Below the pieces are notes generated by a model. That model was not told where the DNA came from. It made no database searches and saw nothing but the letters and a program-made list of their open reading frames with translations. A stretch of DNA of 64,000 nucleotides from Nitrososphaeraceae archaeon. GTDB lineage: Archaea; Thermoproteota; Nitrososphaeria; Nitrososphaerales; Nitrososphaeraceae. The position numbers and the translations under genes were made by a program. Location: contig DATFEP010000064.1 in assembly GCA_035250975.1 (NCBI GenBank), positions 40,226 through 104,225 of the forward strand, written 5' to 3'. Of this stretch, positions 21,832 through 31,444 are shown in pieces. Positions within the stretch are counted from its first letter, which is position 1. The number at the start of each line of letters is the position of its first letter.

Positions 21832-23077
21832 CACAACTCATACACGGATCGTATGCCCTTATTATTTTTTCAAGCTCATGATAAATAAAGTGTTTATCTT
21901 TGTCTAAAATGCTAGGTAAATGATTTTTTATATCATTTTCCATCTTAATTTGATTTTGTGCTGTTGGTATTACAAAGTTGGCAAATTGTACTTTTCCTTC
22001 TCTGTTAAGTTCAACCATATGATACAATGTACCACGAGGAGCCTCTATTACTCCAACTCCTTTACCTTCTCTTGTTTTAATTTCGGGAGGAGATTCGCGA
22101 GTAAATTCATTTTCTTCAAGAATTTGAATAGTATGATCTATACAATGTAGAATTTCAATAGATTGTGCAAGATTGTTATGATAAATATTATTTGATGGAA
22201 AGACTTTAAGGATTTCAGATATATCCTTTTTTGAATTTTTATGGATAGATTCTCTATTCAAATTTAACCTAGCCAAAGCTCCTACCATGTATTCTTTGTC
22301 CCTGAATCTAAATCCAGTAGCCTGAGAATACGGGATAATAATTCTTTCTAGGTGATTCCAATATTCATCTTCTTTTATTTTCATTCCGTCTGAAGAAGCG
22401 ATCTCACCCTCCAAAAAACTAAAATCGTCTGTAACTAGAGATACGAAAGTGGATTCTCTGCTAAGGTCAAAATTGCATTCATAAAATATTTTTATGAGTT
22501 CAAGAACCGTATCTCTAGTTGCTTTAAATTCTGACAATAATTCTTTTAAATTTTCTTTTGAAGGTAAATGAGAAAACTGTCCAACCTTTTCAAATGTTGG
22601 ATGAACAGCCCTGCCAGCAACTATTTTCGAAAGATTGTTTCCAAGACTTTTTACATTGAAACCCTGTTTGATTAGATAATTTTTTGTTTCATCAAAATCA
22701 AATACAGAATCTGTATTAAAAACATCAGGAAGACAGAAGAAGTACAAATGTAAAGCATGATCCCGTATCATCATTCCATATACAGATAACTTTCTTAATA
22801 ATTCAGTTTGTTTTGTTGGTGTGATCTCGAGACATTTTTCGATTGATTCAATGCTACAGGTTAAGTGTGCTATGCTACATGTACCGCATATCCTAGAAAC
22901 AAATTGTGGAACACTAGAAAAATGTCTATTTCTTACTGCTTGTGTATAAAATCTTTTATTTTCATTTATCTTTAATTTGACATCTTCTACTTTTCCCTTC
23001 CTAATTTTTACTTCAATGTCTGCATGACCTTCTGTTTTACTTATTTGTTCTATATTGATATCGAAACTATCATGCAT
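21800..23077 (-). CDS. [NiFe]-hydrogenase large subunit, group 3b-like
   Basis: EGH, L1 motif RICGTCSIAH, GRAVHP, EAPRGTLYH, L2 motif RAYDPCMSCASH followed by a short cleavable tail FLRLKWI. Confidence 0.92.
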   Translation of the reverse strand: MHDSFDINIEQISKTEGHADIEVKIRKGKVEDVKLKINENKRFYTQAVRNRHFSSVPQFVSRICGTCSIAHLTCSIESIEKCLEITPTKQTELLRKLSVYGMMIRDHALHLYFFCLPDVFNTDSVFDFDETKNYLIKQGFNVKSLGNNLSKIVAGRAVHPTFEKVGQFSHLPSKENLKELLSEFKATRDTVLELIKIFYECNFDLSRESTFVSLVTDDFSFLEGEIASSDGMKIKEDEYWNHLERIIIPYSQATGFRFRDKEYMVGALARLNLNRESIHKNSKKDISEILKVFPSNNIYHNNLAQSIEILHCIDHTIQILEENEFTRESPPEIKTREGKGVGVIEAPRGTLYHMVELNREGKVQFANFVIPTAQNQIKMENDIKNHLPSILDKDKHFIYHELEKIIRAYDPCMSCASHFLRLKWI

Positions 23078-23549
23078 TTACAAGACCAAATTCCTTCATA
23101 TAACCATCTAATTTTGATAGAAATAATTTTTCATCCATTGGACATCCCGAAATGAAATCATCAACATTTACAAATTCCGAAATAGGAGATACCTTGTTTC
23201 TTTGTCCAAACTGCTCTAAAATATGGAAAATCTCATTTTTTGTCGAATCATCAAAGTAATTTCTTTGATTCGCTGGGCTTCCTGTACATGCACAACTTCC
23301 TATTGCAATTAATTTTTTTGAATTCTTCCTTATTTCTTTAAGAAATTCAAGCTCTTTGTCAGTTGAAATTGCTCCTTCTACAAAAGCCAAATCTAAATTA
23401 GTAAAATCGTTTTTTCCTTTGAAAGTTCTAAAATATTTAAAATCCAGTAGATCTTTCCACTTTAAAAAATTATCATTCATTAATTCTATGAACACTATAG
23501 TACTGTCTTCGCAACATGTAAATGAAAACCAGCCAGTTTTGAGTTTCAT
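23070..23549 (-). CDS. [NiFe]-hydrogenase small subunit, proximal-cluster domain only (start probably ATG 23549)
   Basis: FSFTCCEDS, FVEGAI, IAIGSCACTG, ISGCP; no medial/distal cluster domain; 8-bp overlap with the large subunit. Confidence 0.85.
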   Translation of the reverse strand: MKLKTGWFSFTCCEDSTIVFIELMNDNFLKWKDLLDFKYFRTFKGKNDFTNLDLAFVEGAISTDKELEFLKEIRKNSKKLIAIGSCACTGSPANQRNYFDDSTKNEIFHILEQFGQRNKVSPISEFVNVDDFISGCPMDEKLFLSKLDGYMKEFGLVNA

Positions 23550-23710
23550 TAACACATTAGCAATAAAGCTATCGTATTTAAAATAGTTCACCTTTTTGAT
23601 TCCCAATTTTCATTTTAACATATTTGTTTTAGAAAATTGTGTTGCGACATTTTATTATTTAATTTACGTTAGTTATCTTATTAAATTCTAAAAATCGATC
23701 ATCTTAAATC

Positions 23711-24829
23711 TTGTTAACAAAAAATTATCTTTTTACAAAGAAATTTGAAAGAGTTCTAAATACTATAACTATAATGGAAAAAAAGAGAATAAGTCTAGCA
23801 CACGGAGCAGGTGGTGTGCTTATGAATAACCTGATTAAAAACCAAATCTTGAAATACTTTAGTTTAAACCATCATGAAGTTTCCTTAAATGCTCTAGACG
23901 ATGCGGGTATAACTGAAGGCATTGTTTTTACTACAGATTCTTATACAGTAAAACCGCTTTTTTTTCCTGGAGGTAATATAGGTGTAATGTCTGTTGCGGG
24001 AACCGTAAACGATATTGCAGTAATGGGTGGAAAACCCTTAGTGCTATCATGTAGTATGATAATTGAAGAAGGCTTCTCAATTGAGGAGTTAGACCTAATT
24101 ATAAAAAGCATTCAAGAAACATGCATTCAAGCTGACGTGGATATAATTACAGGAGACACCAAAGTTCTAGAAAGAAATGCGTTGGACAAACTAATTATTA
24201 ATACTTCTGCTGTTGGTAAAAAAAGTCAATACTTAGAAAAAAATCTAAAGATTGTAAAAAGATACAACCCCAACTTTAATTCTGATTGGTTACTTGATTC
24301 AAATATTGAGAAGGGGCACAAAATAATAATTTCAGGAACACTAGGTGATCATGGGGTTGCGATAATGTCTGCAAGAAATGAATATGGTTTGGAGAGTCAA
24401 GTAGAATCAGATGTTGCACCATTAAATAATTTGATTCAAAAAGGGCTTGATGTCGGAGGCGTAGTAAGCATAAAGGATCCCACGCGTGGAGGACTTGCAA
24501 ATCTTCTAAATGAATGGTCTGAGAAATCAAAAACTGGTTTTATAATTCTTGAAAAAGATATTCCCGTTAAAGAAAGCGTGAGAAGTGCATTAGGATTTCT
24601 TGGACTTGATGTATTAGAAATAGGAAATGAAGGAAAAATTTGCCTAGCGGTAATACCGGAAAAAGCAGAAGAAATACTAGGTATCTTGAGAGAAACACCA
24701 GAAGGTAAGGATGCGATGATAATTGGAGAGGCAACAGACGAATTTGATTTACCTATCCTGGAAACTCAGATAGGCGGTAGAAGAATCCTTGCAAAACCTG
24801 CAGCAGATCCTATTCCCAGAATATGCTAG
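23711..24829 (+). CDS. hypE: Hydrogenase maturation carbamoyl dehydratase HypE
   Basis: HGAGG, TTDSY, GTVNDIA, GDTKV, DPTRGG, C-terminal PRIC; true start probably MEKKR. Confidence 0.96.
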   Translation: MLTKNYLFTKKFERVLNTITIMEKKRISLAHGAGGVLMNNLIKNQILKYFSLNHHEVSLNALDDAGITEGIVFTTDSYTVKPLFFPGGNIGVMSVAGTVNDIAVMGGKPLVLSCSMIIEEGFSIEELDLIIKSIQETCIQADVDIITGDTKVLERNALDKLIINTSAVGKKSQYLEKNLKIVKRYNPNFNSDWLLDSNIEKGHKIIISGTLGDHGVAIMSARNEYGLESQVESDVAPLNNLIQKGLDVGGVVSIKDPTRGGLANLLNEWSEKSKTGFIILEKDIPVKESVRSALGFLGLDVLEIGNEGKICLAVIPEKAEEILGILRETPEGKDAMIIGEATDEFDLPILETQIGGRRILAKPAADPIPRIC

Positions 24830-25108
24830 GTGATATCGTTGTTTAGAGGAGTAGAAGATCGTGTCAACAAAAAATTAATTTGTAAAGTTTGCGGATATAT
24901 TGAATATAATTTTCCAAAACATCACGAAATGCCTATGAGATGGATTACAACCGGTAGTTTTAATAAAGAAGAACTTTTGAAATGTCAAAAATGTGACTAT
25001 ACAATACCGATCTTAATACATTGTAATGTGTCAATGTTTTATTCTGAAGGGGATTATCTTGATTTACCTGAATTTACAAAAAAAGATTATCAGGATATAG
25101 ACAAATAA
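24830..25108 (+). CDS. Small tandem CxxC...H(H/C)xxxM metal-binding protein
   Basis: CKVCG..PKHHEMPM and CQKCD..IHCNVSM; directly abuts hypE. Confidence 0.65.
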   Translation: MISLFRGVEDRVNKKLICKVCGYIEYNFPKHHEMPMRWITTGSFNKEELLKCQKCDYTIPILIHCNVSMFYSEGDYLDLPEFTKKDYQDIDK

Positions 25109-25109
25109 A

Positions 25110-25484
25110 GTGATTATGTTGTCATTTTTCTGGCATTTAAAATTTGCTATTTTTATGTTTGAGATCGCTAAATCTGAATTGAATAAAAATAATTATGTAG
25201 TAGCTAATGCTGTCATTAAAACTTTTACAGAGATAATAGATGCCTATTTATCGAAGGCGAATAATCTTATTGATGAAGCAAGTTTAGAGGGATGGAAAGA
25301 AAGAATCCATTGGATGAGTGAAAATAATCATGAATTATTAAATGAATGGAAAATGGTGAATTCTCTTTGTTTTGAGATGATGAATCAGGGAAAATACTAC
25401 AACAACGTTGCAATAAAATTAATAGAAATAGTTCAAAATAGACTAAATAAGATTGGATCAGATGATTACGGGGATTACTTTTAA
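25110..25484 (+). CDS. Helical hypothetical protein, possibly HEPN-like
   Basis: Abuts the previous ORF; EIAKSELNKNNYVVA..IIDAYL resembles HEPN/PaREP1 N-terminal helices (weak). Confidence 0.45.
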   Translation: MIMLSFFWHLKFAIFMFEIAKSELNKNNYVVANAVIKTFTEIIDAYLSKANNLIDEASLEGWKERIHWMSENNHELLNEWKMVNSLCFEMMNQGKYYNNVAIKLIEIVQNRLNKIGSDDYGDYF

Positions 25485-25494
25485 TTTGATTGAT

Positions 25495-26148
25495 CTAATT
25501 CGTCAACTTTTTAACCACTAGGCATTTTGCCCACTCTTCGCATAAATCAACTACAAATTTTGCTTCATGAATGCATCTGCCCACACCTATAACTCCATGG
25601 TTCAATAATATTATTAATCCAAACGGAACTACACAATCAAATTTACTTGCCTTACCCACGAGATTTCCTAATCCCTTAGACCCGAGTTGTTTGTACTCAA
25701 CTATCAAGGGTTTATCATGTAATACTTTTGGAAAAGCGATGGATGGTGTTCCTGCTAATGTCCATATACCTTCATTGTCTATATTTACTAGTTTAGAAGA
25801 CAGAAAATATCCTGAGGTATAGGGATTATGAACGTGACATACTGCATTAATATCTGATCTGTTTTTATATATTTCAGTGTGAAAAGGAACTTCGATAGTT
25901 GGTTTAAGGTTTCCCTTCAAAACATTTCCATCCAAGTCGATTAACAATAGATCGTCTGAAGTTATATGTGATCTTGGATATCCAGATGGAGTGATCCAAA
26001 TTTGATTATCTAATTTTGAACGAAAACTATGGTTTCCACCACCAACCGAAACCAACCCATGGGAAAAAAAATACTTTATAGCAGATATTAATTCATTTTT
26101 AAACATATGTTCGTCATATACTTTACAAATATCACAAAACATCTTCAT
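25495..26148 (-). CDS. Class II aldolase/adducin family protein (FucA/MtnB-like), intact metal site
   Basis: GGNHSFR, ITPSG, PTIEVPFH, CHVHNPY, LLNHGVIG; N-terminal FCDIC. Confidence 0.85.
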   Translation of the reverse strand: MKMFCDICKVYDEHMFKNELISAIKYFFSHGLVSVGGGNHSFRSKLDNQIWITPSGYPRSHITSDDLLLIDLDGNVLKGNLKPTIEVPFHTEIYKNRSDINAVCHVHNPYTSGYFLSSKLVNIDNEGIWTLAGTPSIAFPKVLHDKPLIVEYKQLGSKGLGNLVGKASKFDCVVPFGLIILLNHGVIGVGRCIHEAKFVVDLCEEWAKCLVVKKLTN

Positions 26149-26692
26149 TTGTGTGTACCATTCATTTAATTTTAACTTAATTGTTAGGAAAGATAGCTGT
26201 TTCCCAAAATTAAATGATAATATCTTTTGAAATGCCGTTATCTTATAAATATTAGAGTAGTATATGAAAAATTAGAGGGACTGATAATTTTTACATTATC
26301 TAACTATGTAGAGGTGAACATCATAATTATTGGATACACGAAGTATGTTTGATTATGTGATTTGTTTTATCCTGATTAAATAATATGATCTTAATGATCG
26401 GTTTGCTGAAACCAACCGTATAGAATCTTTTTTGTTTTTTTGAAATTGTTTTGCATCTCCTTAACTGTTTTTATTTAACTCGTCAAGTTGGTATAATAGT
26501 TTTCTATGTTATATATCAAGTATTTTTTTCATCATAGGTCTGTACTCCTGCATTACGATATAGAAATCATGAAATTAACATTAGATGAAAATAACAAGAT
26601 AATTATTACCAAACTAGAAGTTTAGAAAAATATTTAAAAATAAAGAAAAAAATTTAGGATGAGCTAGATGAAAATATACTTTGTTTATTTAG

Positions 26693-27121
26693 TTAGGGGA
26701 ATAGATGTAAATGTATACCTTCTAGATTGAAAAGTGATCCGCTGCCTTGTAACTTAAGATTTACTTCACTATTTTCTTTCCATCCTGCTTTTACTAATGC
26801 AGAACCAGCTAAATCTCCTCCACCTCCTACTAATGTAAGATTTTGGTTAACTGTGTTAGATGAATTACTTTTAATTTTAACCAATAATTCTTTATCATTT
26901 ACTATATCAATTCCTGAAATTTGTATTCCCTTAACTGAACTCATCAGATGATAAGTGGATTTAGAATAATGTGGAGGCATCGTCTTCATCATTTTTCCCA
27001 TGTCCATTGCTTTCATTTGGTGACCAGTTTGCATTGCTTTGGAATCATTCTTAATCATATCTTTCCCAGTCATTTCCATCATCATTACATTCTTTTTTAC
27101 CATAAACATCCGGATATGCAA
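26693..27121 (-). CDS. Met-rich hypothetical protein
   Basis: Met-rich N-terminal half followed by a beta-rich domain (LVGGGGDLAGS..HLHLFP). Confidence 0.6.
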   Translation of the reverse strand: MHIRMFMVKKNVMMMEMTGKDMIKNDSKAMQTGHQMKAMDMGKMMKTMPPHYSKSTYHLMSSVKGIQISGIDIVNDKELLVKIKSNSSNTVNQNLTLVGGGGDLAGSALVKAGWKENSEVNLKLQGSGSLFNLEGIHLHLFP

Positions 27122-27260
27122 AGATGGTTTATACCATCGATAGAAACCAATATCTCTCTAGACTTATATTTAAAATGAATTCATCTTATTGTACTTTCTC
27201 AGTGTAATTGAATACCGTAATTAGTACATTTACTCTTAATTAGTTATTTTAACCTATAGC

Positions 27261-28331
27261 TTGTGTAATTCAAAACTACGAGGCATTGAAATGATTAATA
27301 ATAAAAATAAAATAAATCAAATTTTTATTTCATCTATCGTTGTTTTGATTGTGTTGATATCGACATTTTATATTTTTACTATCTTGCTTTCGTGGAATAG
27401 TTATAATATAGACGTTTTTGGTATCGAAAACAAATCTGATAAAAATAAGGAAAATAAAACATTAGAACAGCATGCAACTATTGCTTTTGGAGAATACAAC
27501 TTTATTGCGGTAGGTGACTATTACTGTAACAAAGAAACAGAAAAAACTATACAAAAAATACTATCAATAAATCCAGAAGTGGTTATCACAACAGGAGACC
27601 ATGTAAAAAAAGTAAAATCTGCAGATTGTTGGAAAAAAATGTCTCAGCCACTTAAAGATAAAATGAGAATAGCAATTGGTAATCATGATGCAGAATATTC
27701 TAACATCTATAAAGAGATTATAGATTATCATAATATAAAAAGTCCTTTTTATTCACATGACTTTGAAAATATCCATTTCATAAGCATGTCCACAGAGCAT
27801 GCTTTTGAAGAAGGAAGCAAACAATATGAATTTGTTAAGAGTGATCTAGAGAAAACATCAAAGAATCCAAATATCGACTGGCTAATAATCCATCAACATA
27901 AATCACTGTATTCTACAAAACAGGACAAAGATTTGGCGAAAGAGCTAAGGCAAACGTATCATAAACTCTTTCAAGAATATGGTGTAGACATGGTAATTTC
28001 AGGTCATAATCAGTATTATGAAAGAACATATCCAATTCTATATAATGCCAATGAAGAATTAATAAATAATAAATCAGGTAGTCCAAAACCGATAGTCGCA
28101 GTAAATGACAAAGCTGAATATCCACCAACTAATGGCATAATATTTTTAACTGTAGGAACAGGTGGAGATAAACTAGATAAAGTCAAGGAAAATCATGGTT
28201 ATTACGTAATTCAGGAAAGTGAGTATGGTTTCTTAAATGTTAAAATAGAAAATAACGGTAAGAAACTTGTAGGAGAATTTTACACAAATAAAGGAGATGT
28301 TATAGACAGTTTTATATTAAATAAAATATAA
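27261..28331 (+). CDS. Secreted metallophosphoesterase (purple acid phosphatase-like)
   Basis: VGD, TGD, GNHD, HQH, GHNQYYER, VGTGG motifs; N-terminal TM. Confidence 0.85.
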   Translation: MCNSKLRGIEMINNKNKINQIFISSIVVLIVLISTFYIFTILLSWNSYNIDVFGIENKSDKNKENKTLEQHATIAFGEYNFIAVGDYYCNKETEKTIQKILSINPEVVITTGDHVKKVKSADCWKKMSQPLKDKMRIAIGNHDAEYSNIYKEIIDYHNIKSPFYSHDFENIHFISMSTEHAFEEGSKQYEFVKSDLEKTSKNPNIDWLIIHQHKSLYSTKQDKDLAKELRQTYHKLFQEYGVDMVISGHNQYYERTYPILYNANEELINNKSGSPKPIVAVNDKAEYPPTNGIIFLTVGTGGDKLDKVKENHGYYVIQESEYGFLNVKIENNGKKLVGEFYTNKGDVIDSFILNKI

Positions 28332-28557
28332 ATAGATTTATTAGATGACGATGATTTTTGGAAGAACTATAAAACTATGTCTTAAAATCAATCTAATTCT
28401 ATACATTTTATTGGAACATATAATGAAAATACTAAAGATGAAAATTTTTTTATATTAATTCCTAATCTATGGTAAACCCTTTTGCACTTTGATTTTATAA
28501 TATTTTAGATTACCGATCTTAATTTCAATACAAAAAAGATCAGATGAAAATTTTTGA

Positions 28558-29481
28558 TTATCTTGCCGCTAATGAATTGACTTTATCCAGATCTTTTATT
28601 ATTCTCTTTTCACATTCTGTCCCCTCTGGCGGTTTTAATCCTTCTCCTGATACACATGCATGAAATCTTTCTCCAGGTTGTATTTTTCCTATATCTGTGT
28701 CTCTGTCAAAAGCAAATACTCTTTCTATTGTATAACCCCCAATTTTATCAAATTCTTTTTGAACGTCAACCACTTCAGATTGAATCTGACCTTTTAGCAT
28801 TGCCATCACCTTGATTTTTTTCGTGTCTTTTTTATCTTCTAACGGTACAATTACCTTTACTTTTACCTTCTGTTGATTAGCTAGATTGATATCCGCATTA
28901 GGACTAGCAGTAGCATTTGATCCTATAATACCATTACTTAATGAAGAAAACGCCGTTATCTTGTTTTTTCCATATAAATTATAGTAGTCTATACTTTTTT
29001 GGTATACTTGCGATAATGGTTTGAACAGACTAGCCTTGGTAGGTCCAGTAGTAGATTTTATATCTCCTTCATTGCAATCAAAATGATGTATTGAATCCTC
29101 TTTATTTTTAATATGATATGCACAAACAAAAAATTCATCTGGTGATTTAGCATTAACTATCTCATTCTCTCTATCAGCTATAAATTTAACTGACAATTTC
29201 TGGGTTGAGTTACTTATATTTGATAAAGGAATATCCTTGGAAAATTCTTGTGCGTTTATAAAACCAACCACTCTAAGAAATCCTGTTTTTTCTATATTCT
29301 GTAAATTAATATTTGATATTACAATCAAATCATCATCATTAGTAGATTTTTTATCTTTACTTTGAATATCAATTGTATTTACTGCTGCTAACGCTGATAC
29401 AATTACGACAGTTGTTATAAAAAAGCTTGTTAAGAGCAGTGTAATGGATATAATAATAAGTGATGTAACATGAAAGCACAA
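28558..29481 (-). CDS. Secreted hypothetical protein with two related Cys-pair domains
   Basis: Signal peptide; ADRE..PDEFFVCA..DCNE and FDRD..GERFHACV..ECEK look like a diverged duplication. Confidence 0.6.
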   Translation of the reverse strand: MCFHVTSLIIISITLLLTSFFITTVVIVSALAAVNTIDIQSKDKKSTNDDDLIVISNINLQNIEKTGFLRVVGFINAQEFSKDIPLSNISNSTQKLSVKFIADRENEIVNAKSPDEFFVCAYHIKNKEDSIHHFDCNEGDIKSTTGPTKASLFKPLSQVYQKSIDYYNLYGKNKITAFSSLSNGIIGSNATASPNADINLANQQKVKVKVIVPLEDKKDTKKIKVMAMLKGQIQSEVVDVQKEFDKIGGYTIERVFAFDRDTDIGKIQPGERFHACVSGEGLKPPEGTECEKRIIKDLDKVNSLAAR

Positions 29482-29846
29482 TGCATATCAAGTTAATATA
29501 AGATTGTAAAAAAGAATCTATTAAAATATAATTGATGAATGGTCCTATTTCCTTTTTGCAGACATAACAAGCTTTAGCCATTATTAAAAATAAATCATGT
29601 TGATAATTAACAATATTGACTCAAATGAAATACTTACGATTTCAAATTCTACCTTAACATCATTTTCTATTCTTCTAATAGTGAATAATTCAGAATGATA
29701 GAATATTAGAACATTAGATAATGTTCCTTTTAACCTTAGATATATTAAAATCTAAAGATCATTTTTTACTAATTATCTTACTATAGTAGATTCAGAATGT
29801 TAAAGGATCAAGAGAGATGAGATACGAACAACCCGAAAGAGAATTA

Positions 29847-30242
29847 TTAATTTATAAATTTCTCTCTTTCCTTTTGAATTAAAGGAATAATTTTTTTCAT
29901 TATTATTTCATCATAATTACTTTCCTCAAAATCTATAGTCAAAAATAGATAATAATTTTCATTGATTGGGATTATAGATCTACCAAACTTTTCATATTTT
30001 CCAAACGCATATGTTAATTTTCCTATTTTTGGTTCAAATTTTAACCTTGATTTATGTCTAATTATGGCATTAGCTGCAGATTCATGCATCTCTTCTTTAG
30101 CGAGGAATGGTTTTAATCCTTCTCTATATCGTTCATTTATAATATCACCGTTTTCATTGATTATACTAACCCATCTTATAGACTGATTACAAGTGATTAT
30201 ATTTTCAATAAAAATAGAATGAAATTCATTATTTAATACCAT
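29847..30242 (-). CDS. Thaumarchaeal roadblock-like protein
   Basis: IRWVSIINENG...REGLKPFL...IGKLTYA...YEK pattern. Confidence 0.7.
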   Translation of the reverse strand: MVLNNEFHSIFIENIITCNQSIRWVSIINENGDIINERYREGLKPFLAKEEMHESAANAIIRHKSRLKFEPKIGKLTYAFGKYEKFGRSIIPINENYYLFLTIDFEESNYDEIIMKKIIPLIQKEREKFIN

Positions 30243-31444
30243 TTATTCATTAGGTAATTTTTTTATTCGTAATAAAAAAGTTATGTATGAGTATTATCAT
30301 GAATAAAAAATTCTTTCACGATTAATTAACCTATTACTCTAGCGATATTACTAATACCAGCAATAACATGAGTCGCAGAAGATTTTTGTCTTGCTTGTTT
30401 GATTGGTTAGTGTATTGAATTTGCTTCTTTTTTTAGATGTCCAAGAACAAGGATTATTCTGCATTAAGTAAATAAATAAATGAATTACATGAAATGTTCT
30501 GGATATTTTTTCTTTTCTTCGTCTATCTTTTTATTTATTTACTACGGTTAAAACACTTATCGTTATTTTGTTAGTAAAAGTAATCCACCAAATGGGCGTG
30601 AAGATTCTCTATAAGTTAAGTTATATACTTCTTTTTTTCTCTCTGCATTAGATTTATTAAGGTTAGTGCCGCAAAAATACATTATAGAGATTTTAGTGGT
30701 ACCTGTAATATAGCATTACAGGTATTTAAGTGTTAGTATTAAGTGTTTAACAATAGAGAACTTTTTAGGATTTTATTCGAATTTTGACTATAAAAAAATA
30801 AAAAATACTTATACTATAAAACGAGAATTGCAACTATTATAGTTGTATTGTTTAATTTCTTTTATTTAGTTAATTAATTATTTATTGATTATTAGTATAT
30901 TATTTTTCCTTCATTATTTTGTTCATAGAGATCTACATCTGATTATAATCTTATGATAAGTACTGCTATAATTTCTACGAATCTACAAGTACAACTTTCA
31001 CTAATCATCTTATCGATTTTATTTGTGAAAAATTACCTATCACGAGAGTACCTTTAATATATAGCAAATAATGAATAGTTCTTCAAATATGTAGATTCTT
31101 ATATAACAATGAAATACAAAAATAGGACACGGGATAAGGCTGAAAAACTTGTATACGAACGTTAGAAATTTTCAAACAATGTGGAAAAAATGGTTTCCAA
31201 GATTTAACATGGTATGTTAAGTCTTGTGTGTACTCCACTTATGAATGATAAAAATATTTAACATAAATTTATGTCAGCAATTTTATTGATTCTTTCCCTG
31301 TTTTAACTTACTCTACTTCAGATTAATGGCCCGATTGTTTTTTTATTCTCCTTCGAATTCCGATTTATAAAGATTTGAGAATGATATTCATCTTACACTC
31401 TGGAAAATAATCCGATTAAATAATAAAGAGGCCTTTCTTTCTAT

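Noticed and set aside
29369-29581. 70-aa ORF starting with CxxC
   Set aside because: Overlaps the start of the next gene and has no second metal-ligand pair
30300-31400. Long gene-free stretch with a 7-1-7 palindrome at 30831-30845 and broken reading frames
   Set aside because: No recognisable protein or GC-rich RNA structure; the palindrome is plausible by chance in AT-rich DNA
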